IMG/VR virus record: IMGVR_UViG_3300012041_000009
Location: 1 to 47,752 of that record
Length of the DNA: 47,752 nt
From: a virus
Taxonomy: Duplodnaviria > Caudoviricetes
Strand: one strand, 5' to 3'
Shown piece by piece: positions 41,651 to 47,752 of the stretch. Made by a program: the position numbers and the translations under genes. The notes under the pieces are model-generated. The model had not been told where the DNA came from and did not search any database. It worked only from the letters and a program-made list of their open reading frames with translations. Position 1 is the first letter of the stretch, and every line of letters starts with the position of its first letter.

Positions 41651-42067
41651 TCGCGTGGACCGAGCCACCCTCGGCTCAGACACTCAGGCTTTCAGCTCGG
41701 CGCGCATCCTGGTCTGAAACCGCCGACGAGGCAGCCACGCGAAACTGGTAAAGAGCGGCCGTCTCTCCGGCCTGTCCTCCCGTGCGACCCGACGCGGGTT
41801 AGGGAGCGCGTCGGCTCACCAGCAATCAGATGCGTCTGACAACGCTGCTGGCTGCACCTCGATGTCTATCTGCCTGATGGCGCGAAATGGAAACGCCCGT
41901 CAGCGGAACCTGACTGCACGCCGCCGGTCTCCTCGTCATCGCACTCCGACACCATCAGGCATCTCGTCGCGGGCGCCGGTCTCTCACCGGCATGCGGTAG
42001 GCGCGTCGACTGCTTTGGAGTCCGGCATGCAGCGCTCGCTACACTTCACCGTTACCGCCGCGCCCGC
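41651..42067 (-). ncRNA. Array of putative structured RNA modules
   Basis: Four nested inverted-repeat units (41651-41742, 41745-41822, 41871-41961, 41969-42067) in a region with no good minus-strand ORF; strand assumed from the operon. Confidence 0.5.
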
Positions 42068-42099
42068 TGGCGTGTCGCCAGTCACCACCCGCGTATCCT

Positions 42100-42759
42100 T
42101 CAGAACTCCGATACCGACACCGCGTCCAGCGCCATGACGCGCTCAGGACAATCCCCTGGGCCGATGTTGCAGAAGCGACAGGTCTCACGGCTCGGGCTCT
42201 TCGCCGGCGGCGTCTCGCCTGCGATCACTTGAATCATCCGGACGATCGCGTCCGTCTTTGCCGGCGTCAGGTCCGCGGCCGTCACCGTCACCGTCGATCC
42301 GTGCGCGTACCGCACTTCCCCCTCGAGCTCGCCCACCAGGTCACGCCTGGCGCGTTGCAGCGCCCACAGGTAGATCAGGACCTGCCAGACATCGCTGTCG
42401 CGCGGCTGCCCGGTCTTCCCGTCGACCACGCGCACCCGCGCTGGCTGCGCGGCGTACGCCTCGAGGCAACCGACCAGGTCCGGCTTGCCGGCGACGACCG
42501 CGGTGCGCCCCTTCAACTTGAAGGCGTTCTCTTCCTCGACCGCGCAGACCCAGCCGACCTCCTCGAGCTCCTGGCGGATGTGCAGCATCAGCGCGGTGTG
42601 CTGACGGTTCCACTCGACCAGGTTCGCGGCCTGCTCTTCGAACTTCGCGTAGGACATGCGCGACCGGAACCAGGGCGAGTAGAGGCAGCCGCCGCCGGCG
42701 AGCGCCTTCGCCAGGTGCGTGGTCCAGATGTAGGGTGCGCCGTGGCGACGGGTGGCCAT
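42100..42759 (-). CDS. PD-(D/E)XK nuclease (Cas4/RecB-like, Cys cluster)
   Basis: GKPDLV...VVDGKTG...QVLIY...CRFC...DC; start ATG 42759. Confidence 0.8.
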   Translation of the reverse strand: MATRRHGAPYIWTTHLAKALAGGGCLYSPWFRSRMSYAKFEEQAANLVEWNRQHTALMLHIRQELEEVGWVCAVEEENAFKLKGRTAVVAGKPDLVGCLEAYAAQPARVRVVDGKTGQPRDSDVWQVLIYLWALQRARRDLVGELEGEVRYAHGSTVTVTAADLTPAKTDAIVRMIQVIAGETPPAKSPSRETCRFCNIGPGDCPERVMALDAVSVSEF

Positions 42760-43424
42760 CAGCGGGCCGCCTCCACGGGCTCGTCCCACTCGGCGCGCAC
42801 GCCAGGCCGCAGCTCCGGCAGGACCACGGGCTTCGCCTTGACGCGCAGCGGCTGCCGGCAGCGCGGACACATCGCGCGTCGCGTCCACCAGACCTTGCAG
42901 CCCTCGCACCACAGCTCGCCGGCGATCGGCGCGGGCTCACGGCGCTGCGCGACGACAGACCCGATGGCCGGCACGTACTCGTCGAGCACCTGCTGACACC
43001 ACCGCACGATCCGATCGGCGCTCGCCCCGCGGACGCCGTCCCAGACGCCCGCGTAGTCCGGCCCTGCGTGCCGGCCGCGCGTGTGAAAGCTGACCTGCCC
43101 GGTCGGGATGTCGACGTAGAGCACCCATTCGAAGCCGGGTGTGGCGTCGTCGCGGCCCCACCCGAAGGGGAGACTGGCGCCATCCGCCATCGCCAGGACG
43201 GTCGAGAGATTCCCGATCGCCCAGTCCTTCCGCCCGTAGGCCATGGAGCGATACGAGCCCTCGCCGCGGACGCCGCCGCGGTAGACCTTGGCGCGCTCCG
43301 AGGCCTTCGACGCGCGCAGGAGATTGACCGCGATCTCGCCGACGGGCCCGCGTTGCATCAGCTGGGCATAGAGCGCCTTCGTCGCCCCGCCATCCGAGCC
43401 GGCGAAGATCTCGGCGACGTTCAC
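42759..43424 (-). CDS. Phage protein with WDGH-like motif and C-terminal zinc ribbon
   Basis: VLYVDIPTGQVSFH...WDG; CEGC...CPRC. Confidence 0.65.
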   Translation of the reverse strand: MNVAEIFAGSDGGATKALYAQLMQRGPVGEIAVNLLRASKASERAKVYRGGVRGEGSYRSMAYGRKDWAIGNLSTVLAMADGASLPFGWGRDDATPGFEWVLYVDIPTGQVSFHTRGRHAGPDYAGVWDGVRGASADRIVRWCQQVLDEYVPAIGSVVAQRREPAPIAGELWCEGCKVWWTRRAMCPRCRQPLRVKAKPVVLPELRPGVRAEWDEPVEAAR

Positions 43425-43885
43425 GAGCCCACCCTCGCGCCGTCTTCAACCCACGCGAACTCGGCGACGGGGAGATGCTTCCGGCAGGTCGTGCAATACG
43501 TCGACCCGTAGAAGTGCTGGTCCCGCGCGTACGTCTCGCAGAGCTCGAGCCCCATCGAGGTGACGGCCCCGCAGCCCCGCCCCACCGCGTCCAGCTCCGC
43601 CTGCGTCCAGAAGCGCCCGGTTGCCGGCGACGATGACTCCGGGTAGATCTCGAACGCGACGTAGGCCTCGGCGGCGAACCGCGCGCGCTCGTCCGCCGTC
43701 AGCTCCCGCATCGGGTGCGCTGGGCCTACTGGCCCGACGTGGCGGTACGATCGGCGCAGCGGCCGAACAAAGCCCTTCGCACGTTCCGACGCGGAGAGCA
43801 CGAGATACACCTCGTGCTGGTCACGCGGCTCGGCGTCGGCGCCGTGGCCGAGGCGCGGGTCGTTGGGATCGGTCGTGAGGCCCAT
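43421..43885 (-). CDS. Phage zinc-binding hypothetical protein
   Basis: YLVLSASERAKGFVRP...CGAVTSM...ETYARD...TYCTTC. Confidence 0.7.
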   Translation of the reverse strand: MGLTTDPNDPRLGHGADAEPRDQHEVYLVLSASERAKGFVRPLRRSYRHVGPVGPAHPMRELTADERARFAAEAYVAFEIYPESSSPATGRFWTQAELDAVGRGCGAVTSMGLELCETYARDQHFYGSTYCTTCRKHLPVAEFAWVEDGARVGS

Positions 43886-43887
43886 GG

Positions 43888-44145
43888 TCAGTGCTCCTGA
43901 TGCCCGCGATCGGTGCGCTCGCCGCGCCGGTATTTCTCCGCGAACGGTTCGGTGATCTGGACGCCGGCGGCCCGCATCTGCTGGATCACGGCCTCCCGGT
44001 CTGCGCCCTGAAAGATCACGATGTCCTTGACGAGCTGCGGCGCGTGCGGGGGATTGACGTACTCGAGCGTCCGGCCGCTGCGCAGCGTCTCGATGTCGCT
44101 GTCGACGAGGGCCAGCATGAGCACGCCGCGTTCGCCGAACATCAC
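43888..44145 (-). CDS. Hypothetical protein
   Basis: Only the C-terminal ~85 aa of the listed ORF look globular; GTGA overlap. Confidence 0.5.
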   Translation of the reverse strand: MMFGERGVLMLALVDSDIETLRSGRTLEYVNPPHAPQLVKDIVIFQGADREAVIQQMRAAGVQITEPFAEKYRRGERTDRGHQEH

Positions 44146-46070
44146 GAGCATGCGACCGCTCCCTGCAGCACCTGGCTGACGCCGTTCACCCGCGCGAGCC
44201 GCACCACGGACACGCCCGGCACCGCCGGGACGTCGTCCTCGGTCGCCTTGATGACGATCGCCTGCCGGTCCGAATCCGCCTGGACCCAGCCGAAGAGGAT
44301 GCTCGTGCACGTCGCCCGGATCGCCGCGTCGACGAGCCACTCGGCGTTGTCGAGCACCACCAGGTGCAGGCCGGAGAGCTCGGCGATCGCCAGCTGCAGG
44401 CAGAGCCCGACGCGGAGCCGCTCAGACGTCGAGAGCCGCGCGGCCGATCGCCCGTTCACCACCACCAGCCAGGGGTCGAGCTGCACGTCGAGCCGATACC
44501 CGAAGCGCTCGAGCGGCCCGTTCACCCGCGCCAGGAAGTCGGTCAGCGCGCCGGCGATCGCGTCCAGCTGCGCGCCCTTCGGCCCGAGCTGCGCCACGGA
44601 GGCCTCGAGCGCCTCGAGCTCCTTGGCCAGGGCCGTCGCCCTCGCGGCCGCCTGGTGATACGCCGTCCACCGCTGCGCCTCAGTGCGCGCGTCGGCGATC
44701 GTCCGGTCGCCCTTCGTGATGCGCGCCTGCAGGGCCACGAGTCCGGCAGGTGGCTCGCCTTCCGTGCCCGCGTTCGCCAGCTCGGTGTCGAGCTTGGCCA
44801 GCTGCGCCAGGACCTCGGTCAGCCGCTCCTGGTCCGCCTGGAGGTTGCGGAGCGAGGCCTCGAGGCTGCGGCGTTTCGCCTCCAGGAACGTACGCTGCCC
44901 CTCGATGACGGATCGATCCTGGGCGCGCCGCTGCGCCGCGTCCGTGCGCGTGCTCGCCTGGGCCTCGAGCAGATTCAGCCGGCGCGTGGCGGTGTCGAGC
45001 GCGCGCTCGATCTGCTTGATGGCCTTCGGCAGGTACTTGGCCCGCCCGTCGAACTCGGCCGCCGGCGTCAGGCAGGGCACGTCAGGATCGAGCACGCACC
45101 CCTTCTGCGGATCGCGCCCCTTGATCGCCTCCGCGCTCGTGGTGAGCAGACGCAGGCGGCCGCGTTCGTCGACGAGTTGCTGCCGCAGGGTGGTCATCTC
45201 CTGGGCCTCGTCCGCCGGCGTGACCGCCTCGAGGGGTTCAGGGGCGACGAGCTCGCGGAGCTTGGCCTCGAGCTCGTCGAGCAGGACGTTGGGGTCGCCC
45301 GCCTGCCGGACACGGCCCTCGAGATCTTCACGCTCACGATCGAGCGTCACCCGTTGACTCACTAACGCCTGCCGACGGCCGCGGGCCTCGGCCCCGTCCG
45401 CCAGGATCGCCTTCTCCTGCTCCCGGAGCTGCTGGAGCTGCGCCTCCAGGCTGGCGACGTCGTCGGCCGACAGCTCGACGCCATCCGGCCTGGCCGGCAC
45501 GCGGTGGTCCTTGACCTGGGCCTTCTTCGCCTTGCGGTCCTCGAACGCCGCCCCGTACCGGTGCGTCAGCTGCGCCAGCGTGAGCTGCTCCTCGCCGATC
45601 GGCACGCGCACGTCGAGCAGCTCCATCAGGAACGCCTTCGCCGCGGCGTGGTCGGTGTCGAGAAACGCGTGCGAGGCGACGACCGCCTGCAGGGCCGTGG
45701 GGCTCATGTCGAGCCGCTGGTACAGGACGGCCTGCGCATCCGCATGCGCCGACCCGAGCTCATCCAGGCTCAGGTGGACCTGACCGCCCGCGTTCACCGT
45801 ACGCGTCAGCCCCCACCGCTCGCGCACCTGCAATCGCACCCGCGCGGCCGTCGCCCCCTCAGCAATCAGCGCCTGGGCCCCGCGGCCGCCACCATCGACG
45901 CCGCGGGCGAACCGGCCGGTCAGGCCCCAGAGGATCGCCTCGGCTAGGGTGCTCTTGCCGCTGGCGTTCGGGCCGACGATGAACGTGATCGGCGCATCGA
46001 ACGCGACCGTCGTCTTCGCGTGCGAGCCGAACGCGGTCAGCTCGATCTGTCGGAGTAGTGCCCCGCTCAT
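44142..46070 (-). CDS. SbcC/Rad50-like SMC ATPase
   Basis: GPNASGKST, long coiled-coils, central CVLDPDVPC, LSTSE signature, VVLDNAE Walker B; start ATG 46070. Confidence 0.85.
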   Translation of the reverse strand: MSGALLRQIELTAFGSHAKTTVAFDAPITFIVGPNASGKSTLAEAILWGLTGRFARGVDGGGRGAQALIAEGATAARVRLQVRERWGLTRTVNAGGQVHLSLDELGSAHADAQAVLYQRLDMSPTALQAVVASHAFLDTDHAAAKAFLMELLDVRVPIGEEQLTLAQLTHRYGAAFEDRKAKKAQVKDHRVPARPDGVELSADDVASLEAQLQQLREQEKAILADGAEARGRRQALVSQRVTLDREREDLEGRVRQAGDPNVLLDELEAKLRELVAPEPLEAVTPADEAQEMTTLRQQLVDERGRLRLLTTSAEAIKGRDPQKGCVLDPDVPCLTPAAEFDGRAKYLPKAIKQIERALDTATRRLNLLEAQASTRTDAAQRRAQDRSVIEGQRTFLEAKRRSLEASLRNLQADQERLTEVLAQLAKLDTELANAGTEGEPPAGLVALQARITKGDRTIADARTEAQRWTAYHQAAARATALAKELEALEASVAQLGPKGAQLDAIAGALTDFLARVNGPLERFGYRLDVQLDPWLVVVNGRSAARLSTSERLRVGLCLQLAIAELSGLHLVVLDNAEWLVDAAIRATCTSILFGWVQADSDRQAIVIKATEDDVPAVPGVSVVRLARVNGVSQVLQGAVACS

Positions 46071-47191
46071 GCCTCGATGACTCCTTCCTCGAGCGCCGGC
46101 GCCACGTCGCCGACTTTCCGCACGCGGTACTCGGTGCCCGCCTTCACCTCGCCCAGCGCCTCGAGGGCCGGCGCGACGTGCCGGTAGCGCACCTGGGTCA
46201 GATAGGGCTTCAGGGCGGTCTTGCTGACAGAGAACGTGGCCTGGACGCCGTGCTGCGCGAAGACCTCGAGGACGCGCGCGATCGGAAACGTGACGCGCTG
46301 CGTCGGCCGGGGGCCGAACTCGACGCCGTTCAGCCGCACCGGGCCCTCGAAGTCGGTGAAGCTCTCCAGGGCGCGCCGGCGGGCGGTGGAGGCCTGCTCG
46401 AGCGCCAGGTATTCCCCGAGGACGCGCTCGGCATCGCCGCGGGTCTGGAGCCGCACCGGGTGCAGCACCGCGTCGTCGGCGACCGGGCACGCGATGTCGC
46501 AGTACTGGCAGGTCTCCCCTGGGACCGGCGGCCACTCGTCCAGCTGCAGCGACGTCGCGATCCCCGCCTCGAGGATGGCGAGCTGCTCCTCGTGCCGGTC
46601 GATGTCGGCCTGGGTGAGCTCGACATGCACGAGGATGCCCCACCGCACGAACCACAGCGTGAAGCGGTAGGTCGAGAACCCGGGCCAGACCTTCCGAGCG
46701 CGTGCGCTGTACATGGCCACCTGGAACGCGCTGTTCGCGGCCTCCTGGTTGAGCACGGCCCAATGGGTCTTCAGGTCCGTGATGTCGAGGACGTCGCCGT
46801 ACACGCGCACCAGGTCCGGCTGCCAGTCGTACTCGTCGTCGGGCCGCTCCTCGTGCATCAGCACGCTGTCGACGTCGAGATGGAACGTGGGCACGAACCG
46901 CGACCAGAGCTGGTCGACCTCCTGGAGAATCGCGAGCGGGACCTGCGAGGCGGCCCCTGCTTCCCGGAAGGCCTGCTGCGCTAGGTCAAGGTCGTCCTCG
47001 CACTGGTGCTGCAGGAGGAGGTCGACGTACCGCCGGAAGACCAGGTGGAAGGCCGTGCCTCGTCGCGCCGGCGCCGATTCGATCCGGCGGCCCTTCACGT
47101 ACACCTCTCGGAAATGCAGCGGGCAGGCGTACGCTTGCAGCGCTGAACGCCGGCGGTACTTCCGATCGAGGACAGGCGCGCCAGACGTCAT
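46067..47191 (-). CDS. RecB-like PD-(D/E)XK exonuclease
   Basis: SALQAYACP...RGTAFH...QPDLV...ITDLKT...QVAMY...CQYCDIAC; start ATG 47191. Confidence 0.85.
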   Translation of the reverse strand: MTSGAPVLDRKYRRRSALQAYACPLHFREVYVKGRRIESAPARRGTAFHLVFRRYVDLLLQHQCEDDLDLAQQAFREAGAASQVPLAILQEVDQLWSRFVPTFHLDVDSVLMHEERPDDEYDWQPDLVRVYGDVLDITDLKTHWAVLNQEAANSAFQVAMYSARARKVWPGFSTYRFTLWFVRWGILVHVELTQADIDRHEEQLAILEAGIATSLQLDEWPPVPGETCQYCDIACPVADDAVLHPVRLQTRGDAERVLGEYLALEQASTARRRALESFTDFEGPVRLNGVEFGPRPTQRVTFPIARVLEVFAQHGVQATFSVSKTALKPYLTQVRYRHVAPALEALGEVKAGTEYRVRKVGDVAPALEEGVIEA

Positions 47192-47355
47192 CTGGGCCCC
47201 TTCACGCGATACGCAGGCAGCCGCAACACGGCGGTGCGCATGTCGCGCATCCAGTTGTCGGAGCGCGCCAAACGACGGGACCCGATCATCCGAAGCACCG
47301 AGCTGCGCGACACCGTCATCACCGTCCTGCGCGAAGGCTTTATGGGTACGCTCAT
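47188..47355 (-). CDS. Small basic hypothetical protein
   Basis: 55-aa ORF with ATGA overlaps at both ends. Confidence 0.4.
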   Translation of the reverse strand: MSVPIKPSRRTVMTVSRSSVLRMIGSRRLARSDNWMRDMRTAVLRLPAYRVKGPR

Positions 47356-47717
47356 GGCCGTACGATCCGGGACTGCGGCGCCGCGGCCGCCACGAGGTCA
47401 TGGACGTCGACGTCGAGCTCGGCCGGCGACTCGCGCCGCCACGCCTCCAGACACGACACGTTCGTGCAAACCGTGCACTCGGCATCCGCCCACGAGCAGC
47501 GGGCCACCGATGGTTCGATCAGGTAGCCGGCCGCCTGGTCGTCGTCCTGGACGACAATCGCGCACGCGCGTGCCTCCGAACAGCCGCAGTACCGGCAGAT
47601 ACCGCGCTGCACCGGCCGAGGCCCCTCGCGGAGCACGAGCAGGATGGCCGTCGCTTCCTCAAGCCGCCCGGCGGCGATCGCCTCGATGGCGCGGAGCTGC
47701 TGCGATGAACGGTCCAT
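47352..47717 (-). CDS. Cys-rich zinc-binding hypothetical protein
   Basis: CRYCGCSEARAC...CSWADAECTVCTNVSC. Confidence 0.65.
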   Translation of the reverse strand: MDRSSQQLRAIEAIAAGRLEEATAILLVLREGPRPVQRGICRYCGCSEARACAIVVQDDDQAAGYLIEPSVARCSWADAECTVCTNVSCLEAWRRESPAELDVDVHDLVAAAAPQSRIVRP

Positions 47718-47752
47718 GGCAGCCCTCAGATCGAGAAGCGGCCCTGGCCGCC
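47630..47752. repeat. Terminal direct repeat identical to 1-123
   Basis: Exact match by inspection. Confidence 0.95.

Noticed and set aside
41745-41822. Canonical tRNA (about 78 nt, ACCA near the 3' end)
   Set aside because: No TTC T-loop, D-loop or anticodon arm; kept only as a structured RNA candidate
42100-42759. Cas4-like nuclease as part of a CRISPR system
   Set aside because: No repeat-spacer array or other cas genes seen; solo PD-(D/E)XK nucleases are common in phages

Overview
The window looks like a complete, circularly assembled, high-GC temperate siphovirus genome of about 47.6 kb (bases 1-123 repeat exactly at 47630-47752). Almost all genes are on the minus strand. It carries an HK97-type packaging and head module (HNH, TerS, TerL, portal, protease, major capsid protein, cement protein), head-tail connectors, a tail tube, a tail chaperone with a -1 frameshift, a tape measure protein and two tail-tip proteins. 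It also has a cI/cro-like switch with operators and an early region (annealing protein, two PD-(D/E)XK nucleases, SbcC/Rad50-like ATPase, replication initiator, RusA, ParB, DNA methylase, HerA-like ATPase). Most notable: (1) three glycosyltransferases and a radical SAM/SPASM enzyme are interleaved with the head and tail morphogenesis genes, suggesting a virion glycosylation and sugar-tailoring system; (2) there is no recognisable integrase, but a 28-bp dif-like (XerC/XerD) site lies next to a repressor operator; (3) a ~420-nt intergenic array of structured RNA-like modules precedes the replication gene; (4) smaller oddities include a G11-split regulator, a duplicated basic mini-gene and truncated gene stubs. 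All product calls come from motif recognition and gene order only; no database searches were run.
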